Of a stretch of DNA of 64,000 bases, positions 24,501 to 35,225 are shown one piece after another (within the stretch, counting starts at the first letter, position 1; each line of letters begins with the position of its first letter). The stretch covers positions 1,536,001-1,600,000 of the forward strand of contig JBMNFY010000017.1 in assembly GCA_050949565.1 (NCBI GenBank), written 5' to 3'. The position numbers and the translations under genes are program-made. The notes below the pieces were generated by a model that was not told the DNA's origin, searched no databases, and saw nothing but the letters and a program-made list of their open reading frames with translations. Origin of the DNA: Kiritimatiellia bacterium (GTDB lineage Bacteria; Verrucomicrobiota; Kiritimatiellia; RFP12; UBA1067).

Positions 24501-25709
24501 ACAAACGATATCGTGAGCGATACGGGCGTGGTCACAGTGAAGGAGGGAGCCTCGCTGCTGCTTAACGGCGTCGCAGAGACCGTCGGTGCACTGGCGGGAC
24601 GTGGGACGGTTACGGTGAATGGTGCAAACCTGACAATCGCGACACCTGCTGAGTGTGCCGCATTTTTTGCGGGCGACATCGGCGGGACAGGAGGCCTGAT
24701 CAAAACCGGTGCCGGCACTCAGGCACTGATCGGTACCAACGCGTATACCGGTGCCACGATCGTGCAACAAGGAACGTTGCAGATCCAGAGCCTTGTGCCG
24801 TTCCGCTGGTTCCGTTTCACCCTGATGAAAAACAGGTCTAATCTTGATGTGACCCAGCTTTCTGAACTGGCCCTGTACGACGCCAGCGGGCAGCGCCAGA
24901 ACGTCGGGCTTGTGGCCGGCGCTTCTGTCGCTGCGCTTTTGCCCGGTCAGTTCGCCACGCCGCAGGAGTATTCGGTCGGATCACCGGGCGAAGTCGTTTT
25001 CAACCTGTTCGATCAATCGACCGCGACAAAATGGTGCCTCAACAAGAACGTACCTGCCGTCAACGATCCGGCGACGCACCGGATCGTGGTCATGCGGCTG
25101 CCGGAAAACGCTCCGGAAATCGTTTCTTACAACCTCTGCACAGCAAACGACGACCCCGGACGCGACCCCGTGACGTGGACGCTCGAGGGCAGCATGGACG
25201 GCAGTTCGTGGATCCTTGTCGACAACCGCGCGAACGTCATGCCGCCCAGCACTGGCGGTACCGGCACCGGTGATTACGTCGATAGAGGACGCTTCCTCTA
25301 CTACAACGACGGGGTGCCCTACGGTCTGACTGATCGCGCGGTGGGCGGCGGTGCCGGGGGCGACACCGATGCGATTCCTGCGGGCTCACCGCTTGAGATC
25401 CGCGAGGGCGCGACACTGGAGGTCATGTCGGATGAGAGCATCGACACCCTGCGGGTGGACATGCTGAGTGCAGGAACGCTGACGAAGCTGATCGCGGAAC
25501 CCAACGGCACGCTTTACATTGTGAATGCGGGCGGGCAGACGACAGGTCTGGTGCTCCCGCTCACGATCGGCAGTCTGGAGGGCCGCGCCAATCTCGGATC
25601 GTGGACCGTCTACATTGACGGCGTACGGCAGGACGGCGTCACGCTTAGCATAAATGCTGACGGACGTCTGACGCTGCATGCCAAAGGCATGCTGATGACC
25701 ATACGGTAG
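21536..25709 (+). pseudogene. autotransporter-associated beta-strand repeat surface protein with two discoidin-like inserts; frameshift near 21940-21955
   Basis: Signal peptide ORF 21536-21955 continues in the frame of 21885-25709; repeated GGLxKxGxGxLxL...NxYTGxTxV motifs. The frameshift may be an assembly error. Confidence 0.75.
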
Positions 25710-25713
25710 GAGG

Positions 25714-28700
25714 ATGGAAGAGATGTGCGTTCGTGTAGCGGTATGGTGGTGCATGGCGAGCATCGCCATGCAGGCGCTGGCCAGCGGTCTGACGGTCGGC
25801 GTGCACAACGGCGCGTACGCACGTGAGAACGGAATTGTCGCCCAGCGCATGACGCGCGAATGGGCGGCGGATGCGGCGGATGCCGGTCTTGTCGAACGGC
25901 ACGCGGACGGGCGTTTCACGCCGGTTCCCTTTGTGCTGGACCGCACAGGCGGGGCACCGGTCTTGGTCTGGCAGATGCCCGGCACCACCGCGCCGAACGC
26001 CGTGCGGCGCTTTGAGTGGCGCACGGGGCAGGCATCACGCGCCGCGCCGGTCAGCGATCTGGTCGTCTCGGTCGACAACACGCGCATCGCAATCGCAAAC
26101 GGATATTTCCGGTTGGCGCATCCGGTCCGTGGAAAAGGCGGCTTCCCGCAGGAGATTGAATATGTCCGTTCAGGGCATGCCGATCCGGAACTCTACTTCC
26201 TTGACCGCATCGTCCGCAAGCAAGCGGACGGACGATTGATGCAGTATTGCGCCAACGTCTGCGAAGATGCGGTCGCGCGCGTGGTACTCGCGAACCCGTT
26301 GCGTGTTGTGGTGGAGGTGCGGACCGGCTTCGGACAGCGCGCCGCCGAGACGCCTGGCCAGCCGCAGGTGGTCTATCGCTACACCTACAGCGCCTACTCT
26401 CCGGTCGTGCAGGTGGAAGCGCGTTACACGCGCACGGATGATGGTCCGTGGCACGAGCTGCACTTTCTCCATCTCTCGCGCAAGGAGGCGCGCTACACAA
26501 GCTTTGTTACCGGGGATGGCGGTGACACGTATCCCTTGCAGCCGAAAGGCGCTCCCAGCCGCGGGGTGGGCGGGCCGCAGTGGGGGGTCATGGCCGATGC
26601 GACGGATGCCTGCGGTGCCGGTTTTGAGGGCGTGGTGTGTTGGGATGCCTCGAACCAGTTCGTGTACTATATTCGCAGCGGTCACATGACTTGGCAAGGC
26701 CCCGAGGCGCGTTTTGAGGGCGGGCTCTACTTTGGACCGGCGGGTGACAAGGCTTGGTACAGCCAATGGCTGGGGCGCGAGCGTGAGCCGGAGGTTTCGC
26801 TCTTTAAGGAGGGCCGTCCCTGGGTAGCGGTCGAGCGCGATCCGCCGGAGGGCGCATACCGCTTGGAAAACGCGGCGCTGCGCGTGGTGTTCGCCGATGC
26901 GGAGCAGGGGTTCGACTGCACAGGTATCGAGAACCTGTTGGTCGATGACACCCGCTTCGTGCGTGCGCGTAGCGGCTCGCCGGGGTTGTGGTCGCTGACC
27001 TTCAAAACGCCTGCGGATGCCGCAGGGCAGCGGGAGACCGCGCTGCTCTCCAACCGCTCTCCCGCCGCACGGTGCAGGGCCGTCGCCAAGCGCCGCCGAC
27101 TTGAGTTTGTGTGGGAGGGCCTCGATCTGCCGGACGAACCGGGTGTAGTTGATGTACGCGCCGAGGTCTCGCTGGACGCGGGCGAAGGCGCGAGCGCGTG
27201 GCGCATCCGCGTGACGAACCGCAGTCGGCGCTTCGGCCTGGAAGAAACCTCATACCCGCTCCTCAGCGAGGTGGTGCCGCCGGGCGTCGGCGACGTGCTG
27301 CTGCCGCGCGGCAACTGGGGCGGACGCTTGATGCCCCGGCATCGCGGTCATTATGCAGCGCCGTACCCGTCGGCACGCTGTCCGCTGCAGATGATGGCTT
27401 TCCAGTTGGGCGAGGCCGGCCTTTACCTTGCCGCACATGACGGAGCCGCGACAACCAAGCGACTGAGCGTCAGCGCCGGACAGGATGCGACGTTCCACAC
27501 GCTGGCCGAACAGGCTGGCGTGCCGGGCGCGGCGGGCGCGCCGGCGTATCCTGTGGTGGTCGCGGCCTATCGCGGCGACTGGTGGCAGGCTGCACGGCGC
27601 TACCGCGATTGGGCCGTACAGCAAACGTGGACCGCCAAGGGACCGATCGCCGAACGCGATGATTTTCCGGCGCGCCTGAAGGAGCTGGGCTTCTGGATGA
27701 TTTCGAGTGGTGCACCGACAGGGGTCACCAACAATATGGCACTGACGGCCCAGCTCTTCCCGAACATGCCGGTCGGCGTCCATTGGTACAACTGGCACCA
27801 GATTCCCTTTGATCACACCTACCCGGAGTACTTCCCGACCAAACCGGGGATGGCCGAGGCGACGCGCGCCATGACCGCGAAGGGGCAGACGGTGATGCCT
27901 TACATCAACGCGCGGTTGTGGGATGAAGAGATCCCGAGCTTCGCGACCGGATTCCCCGCCGCCGCCAAGCAGCCGAGCGGCACCAACTACGTCGAGGTTT
28001 ACGGCTCGAAACGCAAGCTGGTGCCGATGTGTGCCGCGACGCCGTTGTGGCAATCCAAAGTTCAAGAGATTTGCCAGCGCTTGATGGACGAATGCGGCGT
28101 GAATGCGATCTATCTGGATCAGATCGGTGCCGCCCGACCCGCGCCGTGCTACGACCCCGCGCACGGTCACCCGCTGGGCGGCGGCAGCCATTGGGTCACC
28201 GGCTACCGCACGATGCTGACTCCGATCAAGCGCGAGGCGGCACGCCGCAACATTGTGCTGACCACCGAGAACACGGCCGAGCCGTACATGGATACCATCG
28301 ATGCCTACCTGACTTGGAATCCGCGCGAACAGCAGGATGTGCCGCTCCTGCCTGCCGTCTATTCGGGCTACACGGTCTATTTCAGCAGCCCGCAGGCCGC
28401 ACAAGACACGCTGGACGCCTTCTGTGCGGCGCAGGCGCGCGACTTCCTGTGGGGATGCCAACTGGGTTGGAACAGCGAGTGGATCCTGCAACCCCCGCAT
28501 CGCGAAAAGCAGCAGTTCCAGCTTGAACTCTGCCGCTACCGTCTCGCGGCCCGCGCCTTCATGGTGGAGGGACAGCTTGTCGACGAACTGCGTCCGCTCA
28601 ATGAGGTGCCGCTTGTGACGCATCTATGGCACAGGAACAAACCGCATACCGCGTGTTTACCGGCGGTCATGGGTACGCTCTGGCGCGACTTCTCCCGTGA

Positions 28701-28917
28701 ACGCCTTGCGCTCGTGGTCGTCAACACGACCGGCACGGCGCAGACATTTGAGGTCTGTGTCGAGCCGGAACGCTGGTTGGAGAGTCGGGGACCGTGGAAC
28801 CTTTATGACCTGATGCCCTCGGGCAAGCGTCCGCTTCATTTGCCGGAGAACCGACAGGTGCGGTTCGGCGATCTCGCACCGCGTGAAATCCGGATTTTTG
28901 TGATCGCGCCATTGTAA
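25714..28917 (+). CDS. large secreted DUF6259-like putative glycoside hydrolase
   Basis: Signal peptide; HWYNWHQIPFDHTYPEYFP, MPYINARLWD, IYLDQI, TTENTAEPY. Confidence 0.7.
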   Translation: MEEMCVRVAVWWCMASIAMQALASGLTVGVHNGAYARENGIVAQRMTREWAADAADAGLVERHADGRFTPVPFVLDRTGGAPVLVWQMPGTTAPNAVRRFEWRTGQASRAAPVSDLVVSVDNTRIAIANGYFRLAHPVRGKGGFPQEIEYVRSGHADPELYFLDRIVRKQADGRLMQYCANVCEDAVARVVLANPLRVVVEVRTGFGQRAAETPGQPQVVYRYTYSAYSPVVQVEARYTRTDDGPWHELHFLHLSRKEARYTSFVTGDGGDTYPLQPKGAPSRGVGGPQWGVMADATDACGAGFEGVVCWDASNQFVYYIRSGHMTWQGPEARFEGGLYFGPAGDKAWYSQWLGREREPEVSLFKEGRPWVAVERDPPEGAYRLENAALRVVFADAEQGFDCTGIENLLVDDTRFVRARSGSPGLWSLTFKTPADAAGQRETALLSNRSPAARCRAVAKRRRLEFVWEGLDLPDEPGVVDVRAEVSLDAGEGASAWRIRVTNRSRRFGLEETSYPLLSEVVPPGVGDVLLPRGNWGGRLMPRHRGHYAAPYPSARCPLQMMAFQLGEAGLYLAAHDGAATTKRLSVSAGQDATFHTLAEQAGVPGAAGAPAYPVVVAAYRGDWWQAARRYRDWAVQQTWTAKGPIAERDDFPARLKELGFWMISSGAPTGVTNNMALTAQLFPNMPVGVHWYNWHQIPFDHTYPEYFPTKPGMAEATRAMTAKGQTVMPYINARLWDEEIPSFATGFPAAAKQPSGTNYVEVYGSKRKLVPMCAATPLWQSKVQEICQRLMDECGVNAIYLDQIGAARPAPCYDPAHGHPLGGGSHWVTGYRTMLTPIKREAARRNIVLTTENTAEPYMDTIDAYLTWNPREQQDVPLLPAVYSGYTVYFSSPQAAQDTLDAFCAAQARDFLWGCQLGWNSEWILQPPHREKQQFQLELCRYRLAARAFMVEGQLVDELRPLNEVPLVTHLWHRNKPHTACLPAVMGTLWRDFSRERLALVVVNTTGTAQTFEVCVEPERWLESRGPWNLYDLMPSGKRPLHLPENRQVRFGDLAPREIRIFVIAPL

Positions 28918-29005
28918 TCGGTTGGGCATGGCTCAGGAATTTTTTTAACGCAGAGACGCGGAGACGCAGAGGCCCACCTCTTACTTATTACCTCTTACCT
29001 ATTAC

Positions 29006-29288
29006 CCTAAAAAGAGCAGTTGAGCATGCAGATTTTGAGCAAAGCCCCGTAAACATTGGCTTCCGTTGAGATCCGCGCCGCACCTATTTAGTGCAGAACA
29101 CAATTTCTGATTGGAACCACGGAACACACTAAACACACGGAAACAGAGCCATGCCTTTCCGTGTGTTCGGTGTGTTTCGTGGTTAAACAATCGATCCCGA
29201 TAGCGATCCCGATCCCGATTTGGATGAAACCATGAAACCTTGAAACCAGAAACCAAAGAGAGTTGAAGGTTCAACTGCTCTTTTTAGG
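29006..29288. mobile_element. MITE, 283 bp, with 18-bp perfect terminal inverted repeats and 5-bp target duplication ATTAC
   Basis: ATTAC-CCTAAAAAGAGCAGTTGA ... TCAACTGCTCTTTTTAGG-ATTAC; no coding capacity. Confidence 0.9.
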
Positions 29289-29359
29289 ATTACTTCCTAT
29301 TCCCCGTTATTCACTATTCGTTATCCGTCGTTCTTTGTATAATGCCCGCCTATAAAGCC

Positions 29360-32300
29360 ATGAAGAAGAAAACCTTTGTTGGGCTGTTGGTGACCGGATG
29401 CATCGCGGCTGTATTGATCTTTGTCGCGTGGCCACGCCGCACGGTGCCTGACGCGACCTCTGACAACGCCGACAAGAGCCTGCCGTCACGACTGGCCGCT
29501 TGTCCACACCCGACACCTGCTACCGATCCGTCGCAACCTGTAACGGTGGAAGAAGCACAGCAGGGCAACGTGACAAACGCGCCAGCCGATGCGCCGGCCG
29601 CCGCATCGGCGCGTCTCGATGAGGCGACGCTCGAACCGCTGCGCCGCGCCTTCGTTGCACCGCGTTTCAGTGAAGACCCTACCCTGCCGCGCGAACGCCA
29701 GACCCTGCTCTCCAACCGTCTGGTCGTTAGTCCCGAGAAACGCTCGATCCCCGATGCCGCATCGGGGCGCCAGAGCCCCACGCCGCGCGGTACCACGCCC
29801 TTTCTCGTGCAGTTCAACACGCCGGTTTCCGACGTCACGCGCAAATTGCTGATCGAAGCCGGTGCGTTAGTACGCGGATTCTTCCCCAACAATGCGATCC
29901 TCGCAGAACTGAGCCCTGCCGCGCTCGCCGCCCTGCAGGAGGTCGCCCAAGTGCAGGGTGCCGCTGAGTTTCTGCCCAGCGACAAGGTGCAGCCCTTCCT
30001 CGCGTCGTTGATCGCCGCATTCCCCAAAGAGCGCACGGTGCGTGTCTCGATCCAGACGCTGGCGCCCGAGGATGCCGCACCGCTTGCCGCTGTTGTGCGC
30101 AAGCTGGGCGGCGAGGTCGAAGCGGCCAGCGCCGGTACGCACTGGGGCATCGTACAGGCCGTGCTGCCGCTCGGTGCGGTCGCCGATCTCACCGCACGCG
30201 GCGAAGTACAATGGATTGAGGAACGTCCCGAAATCCGGCACCGCAACGACAAAGCCGTAGCCGCCGCGCGTCTCCATGCCGTCCCGGCATGGACCACCTG
30301 GGGCCTCACCGGCAAGGGGCAGGTGGTCGGCCATGCCGATACCGGACTCGATACCGGCGACCTCGCCACGATGCATCCCGATTTTGCGGGCCGCATCCGC
30401 GCCTTGATCGCGCGCGGCCGTCCTGATGACCCCTCGGATCCCAACGGCCACGGTACCCACACCGTCGGCACGCTCCTCGGCAACGGTGCTGCGAGCGAGA
30501 GCCAGTTCCGCGGCATCGCCTACGAAGCCGAATTGGTACACCAATCGGTCGTCGACGCCTACGGCTATTTCACGGGCCTGCCGATAGACCTTTGCGAACT
30601 GTACGGCGAAAGCTTTGCGCTGGGCGCCCATATTCACTCCGATAGTTGGGGCGCCAGCACCTACGGCGCCTACGACAACGACTGCCGCTCCACTGACCTC
30701 TTCGCCTGGGATCATCCCGAACATCTGGCGGTCTTTGCAGCCGGCAACGACGGGCGCGACAGCGACAAAGACGGCAAGGTCGACAGCGACAACATCAGCT
30801 CACCGGCCGCAGCCAAGAACGTGCTGACCGTCGGTGCCACCGAAAGCGACCGCCCCGCTGGTAGCGGTGGTTACTCCTCTTATTCGTGGGGCAGCGCCTG
30901 GTATTCGCGCTATCCTGCACTACCGATCAAAAACGACCTGATCTCCTACAGCGCCACACCCACACCGGTGTACCGACAAGGCATGGCCGCCTTCTCCAGC
31001 CGCGGCCCTACCGATGACGGCCGCATCAAGCCCGATGTGGTGGCTCCTGGCACTGATATCATCTCCACCAAATCTTCGGTCGGCCGGAACGTCTGGACCG
31101 CCTACACACCAAACAGCCGCTACTGCTTCGGCGGTGGCACCAGCATGGCGACCCCCTTCGTCGCCGGCATGGCTGCGCTGATGCGCCAGTACGCCACTGA
31201 GCGCGCCGCGATCACCAATCCCTCGGCCGCGCTGCTCAAAGCCATGGTTGTGGGTGGCGCGCGCACGCTAGCCCCCGGACAGTACGGCACCAATACCACC
31301 CAAGAAATCCCCTTCACCTCGCCCAATGCGGTCGAGGGCTGGGGTCAGCCGGATGTCACCGGCACCGTGCACCCCGAGGGCCGGATGATACGCCTGTTCG
31401 ACCGCATCGGGCCGGCGGGCGGCGCCACCAATACCTTCGACGTGACCGTGACGGACGCCGACACACCGCTCGACATCGCCCTGTGCTGGATGGACTATCC
31501 GGCCACCGCAGGCGCGGGAGTCACGCGCGTCAACGACTTGGATCTGCTGGTGATCGCGCCGGACGGCACCCCGCTCTATCCCAACGACGGCAGTGAGCGC
31601 GATAGCCTCAACACGGTCGAAACCGTGCGCGTGCCCGCCGCACAAGCTGGTGTTTACCAGATTCAGGTGATCGGTACGTCCGTTCCTTACAGCGGCGGCG
31701 CGGCCGGTCTTTACGTGCGCGGCGCGATCAAGGCCGCCCCGTTGATCGTCCACACGCCGCTGCCGTCGCAAACGGCTGGTTTCACGCCGTATCCGGTTCT
31801 TTTCCAAGTTCAAAGCGTGGCACCGCTGGCCTCGGACGCAACCCATCTCTTTTGGACCGCCGGCAGCGCCAGTGCCCCGACCGGCGTTTGGCAGCAGACC
31901 GAAGTTGTCTGGCTCAGTAACGCCGTCTATCGCGCCGAAATTCCGGCCATGCCGCCTGAGACGCACGTCCACTACTACCTGCGTGCCGCCCACATGGACG
32001 AAACCGCGTTCCTGCCGCATCAAGCCCCAGACACAACTTTTACCTTCTACGTGGACCGTGAGGTTGATTTGGTCGTCGAGGGCGCGCCCGATCGATACGG
32101 TACGGTGACGCCGCCCTACGGCACCAACATCATGATCGCCTCGGTCGCATTCACCGCATCAGCGCCGGAGACCATGCCAGTCTCCACTGGCGTCCGCCGC
32201 GCTTGTGACGGCTGGACCGGCGATGGCGACGTCCCCGAACACGGCTCGGAAAACTCGGTCGCGCTCACGCTCACTCAGCCCAGCACCCTCACCTGGCAGT

Positions 32301-34963
32301 GGGCCACCGAATACGCTCTGACTTGCCGCTACCGCCTAGCCGACACTGGACGGGTTTTGGACGAGACCGTCTCCTGGTACCGCGCCGACAGTAACGCAAC
32401 GACCGAAACCGCGCAGGAACTCGAAGTCGTCGGCGACACCCTCTACGCATTCTGCGGCTGGAGCGTCGACGGCGAACGCTGGCCGGATGCCGCCTCCACC
32501 TCGCCGAATCCCGCCGCCGACATCCCGATGCACGCACCGCGCCTCGCCCAAGGCGACTACCTGCCCTACCATCTGGATACCGACAACGACGGCCTGAACG
32601 ATTGGTGGGAACTGCGCTATTTCGGACTGACCACCAACAATACCCACGCCGCCTCCGATGACTCGGACAATGACACTTGGACTAACCTTGAGGAGTTTCT
32701 GGACAACACCGACCCGAATGACCCGCAAAGCGTCCCCGTGCCGCCAGAGATCACCTTCGTGCCGCTCGCTCCGTTCCAAGCGGTACGTTCCCCTTGGACG
32801 GTGACAGCCACCGTAACGGACAACCTGAACGTCGAGGAGGTCTATCTGGTCTGGCGCGAGAGCGGTGACACTGACTGGACCTTCACCCCCATGGTCTGGA
32901 CCGACTTCGACACCTTTCAGGCCGAGCTGGCGCCACCCTCGCACGGTGCGAGGCGGATCGATTACTACGTGTATGCCGCCGACCTACTCGGATACCGTTT
33001 CCCTGAACACGCCTCGGTCACTCCCGTCTACAGTGTGATCGGCGATTATCCGCATCCCTGGCTCTCGGTCACTCCGAATGGGTTTGAACCTTTCGAATTG
33101 TCAGAGGCACCCACCAATCCTCCTCTTTCCATCGCTAACCTGGCCGGTCCCGATCTGGTCTGGACCGCTCGTCTGGCTGTGGCCGCCGCGCCTTTCTTGG
33201 GCACCAACGGCTGGACGCACAGCGGTACGCACGATGTCTGGGGCACCACCACCAACCGCACGTGGAACGGCGACGCCGTCTGGTACTGCGGCAACTCCTC
33301 GTCGCGCACCTATCCCAACGCTTGCCACGCTTGGCTCGACACGCCGCCGTTCACGGTCGGCAGCGGCGGTGGCCTGCTTTTCCGGCAGTGGATCCGCACG
33401 GAGTACGATGGCGCCACGCGTTATTGGGACGGCGCAGTGCTACGCATCTCGACCGACGGCGGTGCGACCTTCTCCCTGATCGAACCAGTCGGCGGCTACC
33501 CCTTTGAAATCTCCGCCAACCCCGACTCGCCCTTCGCGCCCGGCCATCCCTGCCTGGCGGGTGACGGCCAAGGCTGGGAAACTGTCCTGCTCGACCTCGC
33601 CGATTACGCTGGTCAGAGCGTGATCGTGCGTTTTGAATTCGGCTCTGACCTCTACGTAGTCAGCGAAGGGTGGTACATCGCCAACGTCACGCCTTTCGCC
33701 TGCGACACACCCGCGCCCGCCTGGCTGAAGGCTCCTGGCCCTTGGGGCGGGACTCTGGCCGACACCTGGTCCGTGCCGCTCGGACTGACGCTCGACCCCG
33801 CCGGACTTGACTACCACGAGGAAGACATCGCCTGCATCCGCGTCGAAAGCAACGACCCCACGTCGGCGCCACTGATCCCGCTGACGGTGCGCCGCGGCCA
33901 CCGGCTCCACCTGACCGCGCACGGGCCCGGCACGGCCACGGCCGACCGCACCTTCCTCTTCGGTACCGCCAGTGCCACCGTCACCCTCGCCGCCGACCCC
34001 GGCCACTACCTTTACAGCCTGATGCTCGATGGCGTGCCGCAGCCCGGCGTGTACGATTACGCAACGGAAAACCGCATCTTGACCTTTGATGATGTCACGC
34101 AGGATCACTACTTGGATGCCTGGTTCACAATCAAGCTCTGGACCCTCAACGTGGTCTCGCCCTATAACACCGCATCGCCGGCGGCAGGCACATACACCTT
34201 CCCGAATGGCACGGTCATCACCGCGTCGATCGATGATCCGGTCGTACCGCTGGAAGAGACCGTGCGCCTCCAATGCTCGCACTGGGAATTGACCGGCCAC
34301 ACGCCCACCAGCGGCATCCCGCCGCAGATGAGCTTCGCGATCACCAACCACGCAACCCTGACGTGGCGCTGGAAGTACGCCTTCCGTCTGCTCGCCCACG
34401 CCGGTCCCGGCGGCACGGTCGCTCCGGCTAATAGCTGGCACTTGGTCGGCTCGACCGCCTGCGTGACCGCCACCCCCGCCGCGTACTATCACTTCGACGC
34501 CTGGTCCGGCAACCTTACCGACACCACGGCCGACGGCCCGCGCCTGACGGCCCTCATCAACGCGCCGCGTACGGTCTCCGCTGCGTTCGCCCCTAACCTG
34601 ACCCCGACGCACGGTGTTCCAGAGTACTGGCTGGCGCAGTACGGCTTGGGCGACGATTTCGATGCCGCCGCCGCGACCGACAGCGATGAAGACGGCATGC
34701 CGGCCTGGGCCGAGTGGCGTGCGGACACCGACCCCACCAACGCCCTCTCGCGTTTGGTGGTCACCGCCCTCGCGCCGCAACCCGACGGGTGGTCACTGAC
34801 TTGGATCGGCGGTCAGAACCGTACGCAGCGCATCGAACGCGCCGACACGCCCGCCGGCCCTTGGAGCGCGTTCTACACCAATCTCCCGCCCACGGCGGTT
34901 ACTAACACCCTCCTCCTGCCCGCCGCCGCCCCTGCCGGCTTCTACCGCATCGCGGTGCCGTAG
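29360..34963 (+). CDS. S8 subtilase (KP-43-like) multidomain secreted serine protease
   Basis: Catalytic DTG, HGTH and GTSMATP; AAGNDG; FSSRGP..KPD; DTDNDG Ca-binding repeats. Start is 29342 or 29360. Confidence 0.92.
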   Translation: MKKKTFVGLLVTGCIAAVLIFVAWPRRTVPDATSDNADKSLPSRLAACPHPTPATDPSQPVTVEEAQQGNVTNAPADAPAAASARLDEATLEPLRRAFVAPRFSEDPTLPRERQTLLSNRLVVSPEKRSIPDAASGRQSPTPRGTTPFLVQFNTPVSDVTRKLLIEAGALVRGFFPNNAILAELSPAALAALQEVAQVQGAAEFLPSDKVQPFLASLIAAFPKERTVRVSIQTLAPEDAAPLAAVVRKLGGEVEAASAGTHWGIVQAVLPLGAVADLTARGEVQWIEERPEIRHRNDKAVAAARLHAVPAWTTWGLTGKGQVVGHADTGLDTGDLATMHPDFAGRIRALIARGRPDDPSDPNGHGTHTVGTLLGNGAASESQFRGIAYEAELVHQSVVDAYGYFTGLPIDLCELYGESFALGAHIHSDSWGASTYGAYDNDCRSTDLFAWDHPEHLAVFAAGNDGRDSDKDGKVDSDNISSPAAAKNVLTVGATESDRPAGSGGYSSYSWGSAWYSRYPALPIKNDLISYSATPTPVYRQGMAAFSSRGPTDDGRIKPDVVAPGTDIISTKSSVGRNVWTAYTPNSRYCFGGGTSMATPFVAGMAALMRQYATERAAITNPSAALLKAMVVGGARTLAPGQYGTNTTQEIPFTSPNAVEGWGQPDVTGTVHPEGRMIRLFDRIGPAGGATNTFDVTVTDADTPLDIALCWMDYPATAGAGVTRVNDLDLLVIAPDGTPLYPNDGSERDSLNTVETVRVPAAQAGVYQIQVIGTSVPYSGGAAGLYVRGAIKAAPLIVHTPLPSQTAGFTPYPVLFQVQSVAPLASDATHLFWTAGSASAPTGVWQQTEVVWLSNAVYRAEIPAMPPETHVHYYLRAAHMDETAFLPHQAPDTTFTFYVDREVDLVVEGAPDRYGTVTPPYGTNIMIASVAFTASAPETMPVSTGVRRACDGWTGDGDVPEHGSENSVALTLTQPSTLTWQWATEYALTCRYRLADTGRVLDETVSWYRADSNATTETAQELEVVGDTLYAFCGWSVDGERWPDAASTSPNPAADIPMHAPRLAQGDYLPYHLDTDNDGLNDWWELRYFGLTTNNTHAASDDSDNDTWTNLEEFLDNTDPNDPQSVPVPPEITFVPLAPFQAVRSPWTVTATVTDNLNVEEVYLVWRESGDTDWTFTPMVWTDFDTFQAELAPPSHGARRIDYYVYAADLLGYRFPEHASVTPVYSVIGDYPHPWLSVTPNGFEPFELSEAPTNPPLSIANLAGPDLVWTARLAVAAAPFLGTNGWTHSGTHDVWGTTTNRTWNGDAVWYCGNSSSRTYPNACHAWLDTPPFTVGSGGGLLFRQWIRTEYDGATRYWDGAVLRISTDGGATFSLIEPVGGYPFEISANPDSPFAPGHPCLAGDGQGWETVLLDLADYAGQSVIVRFEFGSDLYVVSEGWYIANVTPFACDTPAPAWLKAPGPWGGTLADTWSVPLGLTLDPAGLDYHEEDIACIRVESNDPTSAPLIPLTVRRGHRLHLTAHGPGTATADRTFLFGTASATVTLAADPGHYLYSLMLDGVPQPGVYDYATENRILTFDDVTQDHYLDAWFTIKLWTLNVVSPYNTASPAAGTYTFPNGTVITASIDDPVVPLEETVRLQCSHWELTGHTPTSGIPPQMSFAITNHATLTWRWKYAFRLLAHAGPGGTVAPANSWHLVGSTACVTATPAAYYHFDAWSGNLTDTTADGPRLTALINAPRTVSAAFAPNLTPTHGVPEYWLAQYGLGDDFDAAAATDSDEDGMPAWAEWRADTDPTNALSRLVVTALAPQPDGWSLTWIGGQNRTQRIERADTPAGPWSAFYTNLPPTAVTNTLLLPAAAPAGFYRIAVP

Positions 34964-35029
34964 GGTGAGTGCCGATTGGAGACGACAAAGGGACAGGTAT
35001 TTAGACCACACAACGACGCGTGTAAAGAT

Positions 35030-35072
35030 GGCGGCGTGACCGCCGCCGGTCAAGCAGACGCTTGACCCTCCC
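35030..35072. repeat. REP-like double hairpin, family 2
   Basis: GGCGGCGTGACCGCCGCCGGTCAAGCAGACGCTTGACCCTCCC. Confidence 0.7.
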
Positions 35073-35095
35073 GGTGTTTCGCGAGACCAGACCGC

Positions 35096-35183
35096 ATTTG
35101 GGACAAATGAGGGAATGGATTTGGGACAAATGAGGGAATGGATTTGGGACAAATGAGGGAACAGAATTGGGACAAATGAGGGA
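35096..35183 (+). repeat. four direct repeats with 23-bp period
   Basis: Invariant core TTGGGACAAATGAGGGA in units starting at 35096, 35119, 35142 and 35165. Confidence 0.95.
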
Positions 35184-35225
35184 GCGGTCTTGTTTTCGAT
35201 GGATCGTTCTGCTAAGATTTTTCGC

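Noticed and set aside
27250-28623. Long antisense ORFs (also 2257-3231, 3882-4958, 19339-20574, 33440-34780)
   Set aside because: Typical shadows of GC-rich codon bias opposite well-supported genes.
35096-35183. Mini-CRISPR array
   Set aside because: The variable part is only about 6 bp and the period is 23 bp, far too short for spacers.
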